From an uncultured Clostridia bacterium (lineage in GTDB: Bacteria; Bacillota; Clostridia; Christensenellales; Borkfalkiaceae): a stretch of DNA of 64,000 bases. The notes beneath the pieces were generated by a model. That model was not told where the DNA came from and did not search any database. It saw only the letters and a program-made list of their open reading frames with translations. The stretch lies in NCBI GenBank assembly GCA_930990665.1, contig CAKNQN010000006.1:17122-81121 (forward strand), in the 5' to 3' direction. The position numbers and the translations under genes are program-made. Positions 33,788 through 43,758 of this stretch are shown here, one piece after another. Each line of letters opens with the position of its first letter. Position 1 is the first letter of the stretch.

Positions 33788-33839
33788 GCCCCCTATTATA
33801 GCGAGGCGTCGGGCATTTGTCAACGGAGAAAAAAATTTT

Positions 33840-34097
33840 TCAGATAAAAAAGCTGATAATCAGCGAAATGACCGCGCCCGGAACGCCGAACAGACCGGAC
33901 AGCAGGCCCGTCCACCAGACGATCGGGATCTCGACGCCCGGGATGAGATTGAGCAGAAAGATGACGGCGATACCGACGGCGGCATTGATGACAAATTTCA
34001 GGATGGTTTTGAAACCGAACTTGAAAAGTTTCAGCACGATGGCCAGCACGAGAGCGGCTGCCACCGCAATGAGGATATACTGCAGAATTTGCGGCAT
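33840..34097 (-). CDS. bofA: pro-sigmaK processing inhibitor BofA-family protein
   Basis: 85-aa hydrophobic protein with INAAVG..LLN..IPI..GLFGVPG; AAGGAG RBS; sigmaE-like CATACTGT at 34125-34132. Confidence 0.75.
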   Translation of the reverse strand: MPQILQYILIAVAAALVLAIVLKLFKFGFKTILKFVINAAVGIAVIFLLNLIPGVEIPIVWWTGLLSGLFGVPGAVISLIISFFI

Positions 34098-34237
34098 AAA
34101 ATGGTCTCCTTGTTGGTTTTGAAAACAGTATGCCGCATTTGCAGAAAAATTTACAGAAATTTTTGCAAAATACGCCGCGCCCGCCTGCAAAAATGCAGGC
34201 GGGCGCGGCTTGCAGATCTTTTGTGTAACATTCCACA

Positions 34238-34555
34238 CTATTTTTCGTCGGTCAAACTTCGGATGACCGCGAGCACGCTTTCCTGCCTCGCGGGAGGAAG
34301 CTGCCGGAACATCTCCAGAAAATGAATTTCGTTCGGCGTCAGCTTGTCCGTTTCCGCGTCCGCAAACAGGTCCACCATCGTGATGCCGAACAGGTCGCAC
34401 GCATCCTGCAGTGTCCAGACCGTCGGCATGGAATTGCTGTCGTTGTACCAGTTGTACACCGCCGTCTCCGAGATGCCCAGCTCGCGCGCCAGCTTGGACT
34501 GCGACCAGCCCCTCGCCTTTCTCAATTCATCGATTTTTTTCCGCGGATCGATCAT
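34238..34555 (-). CDS. XRE-family HTH transcriptional regulator
   Basis: IDELRKARGWSQSKLARELGISETAVYNW; start ATG 34555 after AGGTGA. Confidence 0.88.
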   Translation of the reverse strand: MIDPRKKIDELRKARGWSQSKLARELGISETAVYNWYNDSNSMPTVWTLQDACDLFGITMVDLFADAETDKLTPNEIHFLEMFRQLPPARQESVLAVIRSLTDEK

Positions 34556-34698
34556 TTCACCTTCACTCCACAACTATACTTATAGTTTATCGGAAATAAA
34601 GTTGAAAAATACTTTGTTTTCTTGTTATATTATATAAGTTTACTTGCGCAATGCAAGAATAAATGTTATACTGTTTGTAAAAAAACGGTGAAATCAAA

Positions 34699-34947
34699 AT
34701 GAAAAGAGTAGATATTTGTACAAAATATGAAGATTTTTGTAATGAACTGAACGCGCTGCCGCTTTTTGCGCTGCGCGCAAAGGCGCAGAGCATGGGGATA
34801 CGAGGCGCTTTTCCATGCAAAGAGGCGTTGATCAGGGAAATTCTCAAAGCCCGAAATCTGCCTGTCGGCCGCACTCTGACCGACGAAAACTGCCCCGCGA
34901 CGGCCGAAAACAAAAATCCGCCAAGCCCGACAATGGCAGAGACGTGA
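34699..34947 (+). CDS. small hypothetical protein with a Rho-N/HeH-like motif
   Basis: GGTG RBS; LNALPLFALRAKAQSMGIRGAFPCKEALIREILKA; divergent from the XRE gene. Confidence 0.5.
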   Translation: MKRVDICTKYEDFCNELNALPLFALRAKAQSMGIRGAFPCKEALIREILKARNLPVGRTLTDENCPATAENKNPPSPTMAET

Positions 34948-35202
34948 CCGCGTCACAAAAAATGCGGTGCACTACAAAATTTCAGCGCACGTCGCCTTCT
35001 GTCCGACGGGAAGGTCCACCGAAACAGCTGAAAAACCTGTGACGGCCGAAAAAACCGCCGCCTATCGGCCTGCCGTTCCTGCCCTTTGCGCATAACACAA
35101 AAGGCTTTGCGTGAAAGTTTTTTCTTTCTGAACTGTAAAAGCCCCCGACCGAACGGCCGGGGGCTTCTTCCTTTGTATCGCGCCCGTCGAAAGGGCGGGG
35201 CG

Positions 35203-35949
35203 TCATTCGTAATCGACCACGTTCACCCATTTTTCGAGGAACGCCTGCTCTTCGGGCACGGCCTTGATGGTCTGGCTCGCCGCCACGATGGGAAGCGCCT
35301 TCTGCACCAGCTGTTTGGCGATGCCCGTCTTTTCGCAGAAAAGTTTCAGATATTTTTCGGCGAGCTCGTCCTTCTTTTCCAGCTTGAAGAGGAGATAGGT
35401 TCGCGCCGCGTCGCAGCGGGCATTGCCCTGCGTGGCGTGCGCCCAGTCGATGATGAATTTGCGGCCGTCCGGGCTGACAATGATGTTGCCGGGATTGAAA
35501 TCGCCGTGGCAGAGCTTGTCGTGCTCGGGCAGCGAGTCGAGCAGAATGTGCAGATCGTAACGGGTGGTCTTGTCGAACTTGGTCGAAGCGATCTTGCGGT
35601 GCATCTTGTCTTTGAGCTTTGTAAGAAGGGGCACTTTCTGACCAAGAACTTCTACCTGCAGGTCCACAAACTCCGCAAGGTATTCATCCTCTTTGGCAGG
35701 ATCCTCGTCCATCAGCTCCTGCAGCGTTCTGCCCTCGACAAAATCCTGCACGATCGCCCATTCGCCGTTGATCTTGGTGACCTCGTGCACCGCCGGCACG
35801 TTGAGCGAGGTCCCCTCCTCCACGCGCGCCGTGTTCAGCGCCTCGTTCAGCACGTCCGACTTCGGATAGTCGCGGCCGAACAGCTTCACAAGCGTCTTGC
35901 CCTCGCGGTAGATCGTCTTTTTATCCGTCTTCCGAATGATTTCCGCCAT
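35203..35949 (-). CDS. APH/choline-kinase-family phosphotransferase
   Basis: LVKLF, LCHGDFNPGNII (Brenner motif), IIDW; GGAG RBS directly after adhE. Confidence 0.85.
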   Translation of the reverse strand: MAEIIRKTDKKTIYREGKTLVKLFGRDYPKSDVLNEALNTARVEEGTSLNVPAVHEVTKINGEWAIVQDFVEGRTLQELMDEDPAKEDEYLAEFVDLQVEVLGQKVPLLTKLKDKMHRKIASTKFDKTTRYDLHILLDSLPEHDKLCHGDFNPGNIIVSPDGRKFIIDWAHATQGNARCDAARTYLLFKLEKKDELAEKYLKLFCEKTGIAKQLVQKALPIVAASQTIKAVPEEQAFLEKWVNVVDYE

Positions 35950-35964
35950 CTTCTTTTCTCCTCC

Positions 35965-38565
35965 TTATTTACCGTAATAGCACTTGAGATACATCTCTTT
36001 GATCTCGGAAATGAGCGGGTAACGCGGGTTAGCGCCCGTGCACTGGTCGTCGAACGCCTGTTCGCTCATCTCGTCGAGGCGGTCGAGGAAATTCTTCTCG
36101 TCGATGCCGTAATCCTTGATCGTCTTCTTGATGCCGACCTGTTCTTTGAGTGTTTCGATCGCCTTGATGAGGTTTTTCACCTTCGCGTCGTCGTCCTTTC
36201 CGCCGAGGCCGAGGAACTCCGCCACTTCGGCGTAGCGGCGCTTGGCGTGCGGGTAGGCGTACTGCGGGAAAGTGCCCATCTTCGTGGGAACTTCGGCGCT
36301 GTTGTAGCGGATGACCTCGCAGATCAGGAGGGCGTTCGCCACGCCGTGCGGCAGGTGATGGAAGGCGCCCAGCTTGTGCGCCATCGAATGGCAGACGCCG
36401 AGGAAGGCGTTCGCGAACGCGATGCCCGCCATCGTGGAGGCGTTCGCCATCTCTTCGCGCGCGACGGGGTCGTTTGCGCCGTTCGCATAGGCGCGGGGCA
36501 GGTATTCAAAGATCTTTTTGGCGGCTACGAGCGCCTGACCGTCGGTGTACGGCGTAGCCATGACGGAGGCATATGCCTCGAGCGCATGGGTGAGCGCGTC
36601 GATACCGGACGCGGAGGTCAGACCCTTCGGCATGGTCATCATGAAGTCTGCGTCGATGATCGCCATCTTCGGGAGCAGTTCGTAGTCGGCGAGGGGGTAC
36701 TTGATGCCCGTCGTTTCGTCGGTGATGACGGCGAACGGCGTGACCTCGGAACCGGTACCGGCGGAGGTAGGGATGGCGATGAAGTAAGCCTTTTCGCCCA
36801 TCTTGGGGAAGGTGTAGACCCTCTTGCGGATATCCATAAAGCGCATCGCCATATCGAGGAAGTCCACTTCGGGATGTTCGTACAGCACCCACATGATCTT
36901 GCCGGCGTCCATCGCGGAGCCGCCGCCGAGGGCGATGATCACGTCGGGCTGGAACTCGGTCATGAGTTTTGCGCCCTCTTTCGCGCAGGCGAGGTTGGGA
37001 TCGGGCGCGACGTTGTAGAAGCAGGTGTAACGGATGCCCATTTCATCCAGTTTGTCGGTGATGGGTTTGATATAATTGTTTTTGTACAGGAATTCGTCGG
37101 TAACGATGAACGCCCTCTTCTTGTCCATGACGTTTTTGAGTTCGTCGAGGGCGACGGGCAGGCAGCCGCGCTTATGGTAAACTTTTTCAGGCAATCTGAG
37201 CCACAACATATTTTCTTTCCTCTCCGCTAAGGTCTTGATGTTCAGAAGGTGCTTCACGCCGACGTTTTCCGAAACCGAGTTGCCGCCCCACGAGCCGCAG
37301 CCGAGGGTGAGCGAAGGGTTGAGTTTGAAGTTGTAGATATCGCCGATGGCGCCCTGCGAGGAAGGCATGTTGATGATCATGCGGCAGGTCTTCATCGCCT
37401 CCTGCCACTTGGCGATCTTCGCCTTTTCGGTGACGGCATTGATGTGCAGCGACGCCGTGTGGCCGTAGCCGCCGTCCGCGATCAGCCTTTCCGCCTTGGC
37501 GACCGCGTCGTCGAAGTCCTTGGCGCGGTAGAGGGCGAGGACCGGCGAGAGTTTTTCGTGCGCGAACGCCTCTTCCAGCTCCACGCTCTCCACTTCGCCG
37601 ATCAGAATTTTCGCCGTTTCGGGAACGGTGAACCCGCAGATCTCGGCGATCTTGGGCGCGCGCTGACCGACGATTTTGGCGTTCAATGCGCCGTTGATGA
37701 TCATGGTGGAGCGCACTTTGTTCTTCTCCTCTTCGTTGAGGAAATAGCAGCCGCGCTTTACAAACTCCGCCTTGACCTGGTCGTAGACCGCGTCCTCGGC
37801 GATGACCGACTGCTCGGACGCGCAGATGAGGCCGTTGTCGAAGGTCTTGGAATGGATGATCGAGTTGACCGCCACGGTGACATCCGCCGTCTCGTCGATG
37901 ATGGCGGGCGTGTTGCCCGCGCCCACGCCGAGCGCCGGCTTGCCCGAAGAATAGGCGCTGCGCACCATGCCCGGACCGCCGGTCGCGAGGATGATGTCCG
38001 CCGTCTTCATGAGGGTGTTGGTCATTTCGAGAGAGGGAACGTCGATCCAGCCGATGATCCCTTCCGGCGCGCCCGCCCGGACCGCCGCTTCGAGCACTAC
38101 CTTCGCCGCCGCGATCGTGCAGCCCTTGGCGCGCGGATGCGGCGAAATGATGATGCCGTTGCGCGTTTTCAGGCAAAGGAGGGTCTTGAAGATGGCCGTG
38201 GACGTCGGGTTGGTCGTCGGAATGACCGCCGCCACCACGCCGATCGGCTCGGCGATCTTTTTCACGCCGAACGAGGCGTCTTCTTCGATCACGCCCACCG
38301 TTTTGGTGTTTTTGTAAGCGTTGTAGATGTATTCAGCCGCATAGTGGTTTTTGATGACCTTGTCTTCCACGATGCCCATGCCCGTCTCCTCGACCGCCAT
38401 CTTGGCGAGCGGAATGCGCATGTTGTTCGCCGCGAGCGCGGCGGCCGCAAAGATCCTGTCGACCTGCTCCTGCGTATAGGTCGAAAAGATCTCCTGCGCC
38501 CTTCTGACCTGCCCGATCTTCTCCATGAGGGTCTCGACCGAATCGACGAGTTTTTCCTTCTCCAT
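35965..38565 (-). CDS. adhE: bifunctional acetaldehyde-CoA/alcohol dehydrogenase
   Basis: PTTNPTST, ATGGPGMV, FDNGLICASEQ, LTLGCGSWGGNS, GGGSAMD, CHSMAH, HGVAN. Confidence 0.97.
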   Translation of the reverse strand: MEKEKLVDSVETLMEKIGQVRRAQEIFSTYTQEQVDRIFAAAALAANNMRIPLAKMAVEETGMGIVEDKVIKNHYAAEYIYNAYKNTKTVGVIEEDASFGVKKIAEPIGVVAAVIPTTNPTSTAIFKTLLCLKTRNGIIISPHPRAKGCTIAAAKVVLEAAVRAGAPEGIIGWIDVPSLEMTNTLMKTADIILATGGPGMVRSAYSSGKPALGVGAGNTPAIIDETADVTVAVNSIIHSKTFDNGLICASEQSVIAEDAVYDQVKAEFVKRGCYFLNEEEKNKVRSTMIINGALNAKIVGQRAPKIAEICGFTVPETAKILIGEVESVELEEAFAHEKLSPVLALYRAKDFDDAVAKAERLIADGGYGHTASLHINAVTEKAKIAKWQEAMKTCRMIINMPSSQGAIGDIYNFKLNPSLTLGCGSWGGNSVSENVGVKHLLNIKTLAERKENMLWLRLPEKVYHKRGCLPVALDELKNVMDKKRAFIVTDEFLYKNNYIKPITDKLDEMGIRYTCFYNVAPDPNLACAKEGAKLMTEFQPDVIIALGGGSAMDAGKIMWVLYEHPEVDFLDMAMRFMDIRKRVYTFPKMGEKAYFIAIPTSAGTGSEVTPFAVITDETTGIKYPLADYELLPKMAIIDADFMMTMPKGLTSASGIDALTHALEAYASVMATPYTDGQALVAAKKIFEYLPRAYANGANDPVAREEMANASTMAGIAFANAFLGVCHSMAHKLGAFHHLPHGVANALLICEVIRYNSAEVPTKMGTFPQYAYPHAKRRYAEVAEFLGLGGKDDDAKVKNLIKAIETLKEQVGIKKTIKDYGIDEKNFLDRLDEMSEQAFDDQCTGANPRYPLISEIKEMYLKCYYGK

Positions 38566-38582
38566 AAAACACTCCTTTCCTT

Positions 38583-39239
38583 TTATTTTTCACTGTATAA
38601 AATTTCCGCGAGGCGTTTGGACAGAATCGCGAGCGATGCCGCCATGTCCTCGTTTTTAACTGCTATGTTTTCCGGCACGTTCAGGTGCACGGGCGCGAAA
38701 TTCCAGATGGCGCGCACGCCGCCTTCCACCAGTTTGTCCGCCACTTCCTGCGCCGCACCCTTCGGCACCGCGATGATCCCGATCAGCACGTTCAGTCGCC
38801 GGACAAGTTTTACGATATCCGCCGCGTCAAAGACCTTCACCCCGCCGATCTGCGTGTCGATGCGGGTCGGGTCGCTGTCAAACGCCGCGACGATGTTCAG
38901 CCCGTATGCCTTGAACCCGCTGTATCCGATGAGCGCGGAACCGAGGCCCCCCGCCCCCACAATGACCGCGTCCGTCACGTTGTCGTAGCCGAGTATGCGG
39001 TCGATGTCCTCGATGAGATCCGCAATCCCGAACCCCCGCTTTGGTTTGCCCGCAACAGAACTGATCACCGCCAGATCTTTGCGCACCTGCACCGCGTTCA
39101 GATGCAGCTCCTCCGCCACCGCCGTGGACGATACCGACGTTTCCCCCGCCGCAAGCTTCTCCTTGAGATACCTGTGGTAGGCGGGCAGCCTGCCGATCGT
39201 GGCCTTGGATACATTTTGTATCTTTTTCGTGTTTTCCAT
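38583..39239 (-). CDS. rex: redox-sensing transcriptional repressor Rex
   Basis: RLPAYHRYL, VSS, QVRKDL, VGAGGLGSAL, AIWNFAP; start taken as ATG 39239. Confidence 0.93.
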   Translation of the reverse strand: MENTKKIQNVSKATIGRLPAYHRYLKEKLAAGETSVSSTAVAEELHLNAVQVRKDLAVISSVAGKPKRGFGIADLIEDIDRILGYDNVTDAVIVGAGGLGSALIGYSGFKAYGLNIVAAFDSDPTRIDTQIGGVKVFDAADIVKLVRRLNVLIGIIAVPKGAAQEVADKLVEGGVRAIWNFAPVHLNVPENIAVKNEDMAASLAILSKRLAEILYSEK

Positions 39240-39260
39240 GTTTGCCCGCACCTTTTTTCT

Positions 39261-39313
39261 ATCGATAATTTTTTATCGATAAAATTATATCAGAAACGGG
39301 TGCATTTTGTCAA
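39261..39313 (-). promoter_or_regulatory. Rex operator and sigmaA promoter of the rex-adhE operon
   Basis: Palindrome ATCGATAA-TTTT-TTATCGAT (Rex-box 7-4-7 geometry) overlapping the expected start site of TTGACA-N18-TATAAT (extended TG). Confidence 0.7.
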
Positions 39314-39663
39314 TCGGATGCCGCGGCATTTTCCAAAAGGGCGCAAACGAAAAAACGGAACGCGGAATGAACGATTTTATCATTTGCAAGCGGCGCGGGC
39401 GCAGGAGACATGGGCAAAGCAAGTGCGGCGGAGGGACGAGTTCAGGAAAAAGCACGGAGGCACGGCAGCAGGCTCAGGGGCAGGAGGAGGCGGGCGCGAG
39501 CGCAAGCGGAGGAATAAGGCTTATCAAACCGGCGGCACAAAACAGATTTCTGACAAAAAAAACCGCCAGCAATACGCGAACGGCGCGAACGAAGCAAACG
39601 TAACGAGTGCAAACAGTTCGGGCAAGGCGCGTGCAAAAGCCGGGTGAGCAAAACTGTACAAAC

Positions 39664-39697
39664 AAAAAGGCCGCCCGCGCTGTGCGCGGGCGGCCTT
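39664..39697 (-). terminator. rho-independent terminator of yfhO
   Basis: AAGGCCGCCCGCGC-loop-GCGCGGGCGGCCTTTTT on the minus strand. Confidence 0.75.
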
Positions 39698-39706
39698 ACC
39701 GCTTAT

Positions 39707-42484
39707 TTATTTTTCATCCGGTTCTTCTTTCTTGTTTTCGTCCGGTTCATCCCCTGTGGCGGGGCTTCCCGCGCGGCGAAAATACAGCGCCGACCACACT
39801 GCCGCAAGCGCGATCGCACCTGCGAGCGCGGCGACGGAGAGAACGCACCCCTCTTTCAGATAGGGCGTGGAATAGGAAAGCTGCACTGTGTGTTCGCCCG
39901 CTTCCAGGCGCACCGCCATAAAGGAAGAGTTGGCGCGGACGATTTCGGCGGATACGCCGTCGACGGAGGCCGTCCAGCCCGCGCTGTACGGGAGGGAGAA
40001 AAATACCCAGGAAGGCTGTGCCAGAGAAATCTCTCCGCCGATGTAATCGGAAGAGAAGGTCACGTTCTGCAGATGCGGCGCGGCCTGCCGTTCGGCGACC
40101 GCCTGTTCATAGGCGGACACTTCGTAGCCCTGCACCGCCGCCGAAGTGAAACGGATGTTGTCCCCGCTGACATGTGTCAGCTCGATCTCCAGGCTGTCCG
40201 TTTCGGGCACGCCAAGGCAGAAACAGGGGTCGCGCTGTTCGCTGTACATGAGATCACCGCGCCGCGCGTAAACATAGGTGCGCGTCTTGCCGTTGCCGCG
40301 TATGCGGAACTCCACGCTCCTGTCCGGTACCGACGCCCCATACAGGCGCAGATAGACCTCTTTCCCCGCACAACCGGATACGGTGAGGGTGATCGTTTCC
40401 CCTTTCTGCAGCGAAAAACTGCTCTGTACGGGAACGGACGAGCTGACGTTCAGCTGCGCAAGCGACGATACCGGCGCCTCGCTCAGTGTCCCTTCCCCTT
40501 CCACCACCATCGCGCTCAGCATGGCGTACTGCCTCTGCACCGGGTCGAGCGCGTCGTATGCGGCGCGCGAAAGCGTCTGCGTATAGGCATATCCGAAAGA
40601 GAGATAATTTTCGTTTTCGTAAAGATCTTCAAACTCTTCTGTTTTGGAAAAACCGACGTTCCCGTATAGCCCCGAACCGATATAATAACGCACGGACAAG
40701 AGACTTTGCAGGGCGGGTCGGTTGTCCAGTCCCGCGATGCCGAGATTCTGCGTGGGGTTGTAAACGGCGTTTTCCTTCAGAAATCTGTAAACCTCGTCGG
40801 TGCTCATGGAATTGTACATGCGCGTGCCCATATAATGGCTGTTCACGCCGTAATTGCGGAAGCAATCCCACCATCTCTCCGCACACTCGGTGTCCGTACG
40901 GAAAAACGCCTCTTCGTTCAGCGTAGAAACGTATCGTTCTTCGGGCGTGGACAGCGAACGGTACACCGCGTTGCCCGGAAATTCAACAGAATAAAAACTG
41001 TAAAAGATGAGCGCAAAGAGAACGGTACAGGCCACCGCGCTCCGCCAAAGAATTGTGGGAGAAAAAAGTTTGACGATCACCTTTCCGTCCAGCACGGGCG
41101 AGCGGACAGCGCCGTCGCGGCCGGGCCTGTCTTCCAGCGGCGAACGGCGGGAGAGAAACCACACTTCCGCCCCCGCAAAGGCGAGCATCCCCGCCGCCGA
41201 GAGCACGATGAGCGCCACCGCCGCCGCGCGCGAAAGATCGGATGCGGCGACAAGGCTGATCGCCCAGGCCAATGTAAACAGCACGGCCAGCGTCAACAGC
41301 GCCGATACCAGACGGAAGTAGATCTTCTTCTGCGTTTTGGTTGCCGACACGGCCGCGTCGCGTTCGGTCGTATTGAGGCCGATGAGCGCGAGGGCGCAGA
41401 AGGAAAGAATGTACGACCAGCGGTTGTTCGCATAATTGAAAATATTCATCACATAGCCGAAAACGAGCGTATAAAACCCGATCGCAAAGACGGCCGTGCA
41501 GATGCGGAAGGCGAAACCCTTTTTCCTGCAGGACAAAAAGGCGGGCACGAGCAGCGCGAGTACAAAGACGTTCGTGCCGATCACACTGTACTGCGGTGCG
41601 GTGACGGGGAAAAAGAGGCTCCACAGCCCCACCGCGAAAAATTCGAAAGTGAATTTCCAAAACCCTTTGGGTGCACTGCGCGCCGCATGCAGATAGGCGT
41701 AGGCGTTGGGCAGAAGCACAAACCCGGCAAGGAGCACGCCGAGAAGGTACACCCCCGCGATTTTCCAGCAGCGGGGCACGAGGGTGCGCCAGTAGCGCCC
41801 GCCCTCTTCACGGCAGGCCTCGAGATGAAACAGAAAGGCGTACAACACGGCGAATACCGAGTTGAAAAAGAACATATAAAAGGAGTTGATCAGGCACAGA
41901 AAGACAGTCACAAGCAGGACGAAGGGATTTTGCTTTCTGTAAACTTTTTCCACCCCCATCGCCATCAGCGGGAGCCAGATGGGGCCGGACGTGAGGTTGA
42001 GATGCCGCACGAAGGTAAAGAGAACAAACCCGCTGAACATATACAAGAGCGAAAGCGAAACCGCATATCCGTCCGCCACCTTTTTGTAGCGCAGGTAGCA
42101 AAGACAGGCCGCGCCCGCCGCGATAAATTTGAGAAACATGATGATATCGTACACCCATACGATATCAAAGGGAAATATGAAGACAAACACGACAAACGGG
42201 TCGAAAAGGGAAAAGAAACTCAGCGACGTGAGAAAATCGGCACCCAGCCCGATAAAATAGTCGTAATTCCCGATGGCGCGGAACCAACCGACTTCGCGCA
42301 CATAATTGAGATAAGTGACCCCCTGCGTGGCGCCATCCAGCGCCTGCGTTGCCCATACCAGATGGCTGCCGCGGATCATGAACGGAATCAGCGCAAACAG
42401 CAAAGACGCGCACGCCGTTATAAAAAACCACAGCCAGACTTTGCCGGACTTCTGCCCGTTCAAAGATAAAAGATCTTTCATCAT
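39707..42484 (-). CDS. YfhO-family polytopic membrane protein (GT-C-type glycosyltransferase)
   Basis: Many TM segments; GLGADF, LYMFSGF, NSFYMFF, NRWSY, LLSVRY; C-terminal SLPYSAGWTASVDG..GEHTVQLSYSTP. Confidence 0.88.
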   Translation of the reverse strand: MMKDLLSLNGQKSGKVWLWFFITACASLLFALIPFMIRGSHLVWATQALDGATQGVTYLNYVREVGWFRAIGNYDYFIGLGADFLTSLSFFSLFDPFVVFVFIFPFDIVWVYDIIMFLKFIAAGAACLCYLRYKKVADGYAVSLSLLYMFSGFVLFTFVRHLNLTSGPIWLPLMAMGVEKVYRKQNPFVLLVTVFLCLINSFYMFFFNSVFAVLYAFLFHLEACREEGGRYWRTLVPRCWKIAGVYLLGVLLAGFVLLPNAYAYLHAARSAPKGFWKFTFEFFAVGLWSLFFPVTAPQYSVIGTNVFVLALLVPAFLSCRKKGFAFRICTAVFAIGFYTLVFGYVMNIFNYANNRWSYILSFCALALIGLNTTERDAAVSATKTQKKIYFRLVSALLTLAVLFTLAWAISLVAASDLSRAAAVALIVLSAAGMLAFAGAEVWFLSRRSPLEDRPGRDGAVRSPVLDGKVIVKLFSPTILWRSAVACTVLFALIFYSFYSVEFPGNAVYRSLSTPEERYVSTLNEEAFFRTDTECAERWWDCFRNYGVNSHYMGTRMYNSMSTDEVYRFLKENAVYNPTQNLGIAGLDNRPALQSLLSVRYYIGSGLYGNVGFSKTEEFEDLYENENYLSFGYAYTQTLSRAAYDALDPVQRQYAMLSAMVVEGEGTLSEAPVSSLAQLNVSSSVPVQSSFSLQKGETITLTVSGCAGKEVYLRLYGASVPDRSVEFRIRGNGKTRTYVYARRGDLMYSEQRDPCFCLGVPETDSLEIELTHVSGDNIRFTSAAVQGYEVSAYEQAVAERQAAPHLQNVTFSSDYIGGEISLAQPSWVFFSLPYSAGWTASVDGVSAEIVRANSSFMAVRLEAGEHTVQLSYSTPYLKEGCVLSVAALAGAIALAAVWSALYFRRAGSPATGDEPDENKKEEPDEK

Positions 42485-42864
42485 GCCCTCTCACTTTTTA
42501 TTTTTTCCATTATACCATGGATCGGAAAGAAAGGCAATCTTCGGCAAAACAAATTTTTCTTTTTGGAATAATGAAAAACAATTTGCGGGCAGGACCAGAT
42601 CGGTTCCCTGCCCGCATGCCGCGGCGACCCTTCACAGGGCCGCCGCGGGAAAGTTTTTTTCGCAAAGGCGCCCGCGCCGAATGGGCGCGGGCGCCTTTGC
42701 AGGGACAGGGCAGAGTTTTCGGTCCTTCTGCAGCCCTTTAGAAAGCGTGCGGGCGAAGGTCTGTCTGGGACACACAGATCGGACGGAAAAATCCGAAGGG
42801 CGCAAAAACGGGCGGCGCAATCTGCGCCGCCCGACGGGTTTATTCAAATTTCAAAGAAAAAAGC

Positions 42865-43755
42865 TCACTTTGTCATGTCTTCCACGATGGAGAGGATGAG
42901 CTCCTCCTCTTCGGCGCAGATGCGCGCCTTTTCGCCCGCAGACGTCGTGCCCGCGCGCAGGTTTTTGCTCCTTTCAATGCGGGTGACGACCAGCCGCTTT
43001 CCGAAGGCGACCACGGCCACGAACAGCCCCAGCGCCAGCGCAAAACACAGGATGGTCAGGATGAGAAAGGTGTTCCCTTCGTAATCGTACACCAGTCCCG
43101 AAAAGACGCTGCCCGCCGCGATACACGCGGCGAACGCGACGAGAAAACAGGTAAACAGCAGGATCGCCTTCTTGCAGGCGGCAAGCACTGCCGGCCGTTC
43201 CTTTTCGCGCAGGGCATCGTCTTCGGCGGAATAGCTCTCCCGCTCCTTTTCCAGCTCCGCCGCCCGCGCTTTCAGCCGCTCGGCATATTTTTCGGCCAGC
43301 GCGTGCCGATCTTCCGCCGTCATGCGGCGAAAAGCCTTGTCATACGCCTGCTCGCAATCGTATATGCCCGAAAAATCCGTCAGATCTTTGGTCTGTACGC
43401 GCACCACCCCGAACCAGGCACGCCAGTCGCCGCCATAGAGCGAGGCGCTGTCCAGGAATTTCTCTCCCGCACCGTCCAGATCGCCCGCCGCAAACAGCTT
43501 TTCTGCCTCTTCATAGGTGCGCTCGGCGAGCTGCTTTTTCTCCGCGCGCTCACGCTCCCGCTCTTCACTGCGGCGCGCGAGCTCCGCGTCTGAGGTCAGG
43601 CCCCCCTCCTGTTCCTCCCGAAAGCCCTCAAAATCGGGGACGTCGATGACGATCTCCCCCTCCGCCGACTCCTCTTCCGGCGCAGGTACGGCCTCCGTGT
43701 TCTTGCGGATCTTGATCTTTCCGTCGTCGTCCAGTTCGAGATTTCTCTCTTCCAT
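42865..43755 (-). CDS. hypothetical membrane protein (acidic N-terminus, TPR-like helices, two TM segments)
   Basis: AAGGAG RBS; starts 3 bp after the ispE stop; coding-like composition. Confidence 0.75.
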   Translation of the reverse strand: MEERNLELDDDGKIKIRKNTEAVPAPEEESAEGEIVIDVPDFEGFREEQEGGLTSDAELARRSEERERERAEKKQLAERTYEEAEKLFAAGDLDGAGEKFLDSASLYGGDWRAWFGVVRVQTKDLTDFSGIYDCEQAYDKAFRRMTAEDRHALAEKYAERLKARAAELEKERESYSAEDDALREKERPAVLAACKKAILLFTCFLVAFAACIAAGSVFSGLVYDYEGNTFLILTILCFALALGLFVAVVAFGKRLVVTRIERSKNLRAGTTSAGEKARICAEEEELILSIVEDMTK

Positions 43756-43758
43756 AGC

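Noticed and set aside
34238-34947. Prophage or ICE remnant
   Set aside because: No integrase, att-like repeats or phage genes around the XRE gene.
35203-35949. Aminoglycoside-resistance gene
   Set aside because: Only the generic APH/choline-kinase fold motifs are present, in a housekeeping rex-adhE context with no mobile element.
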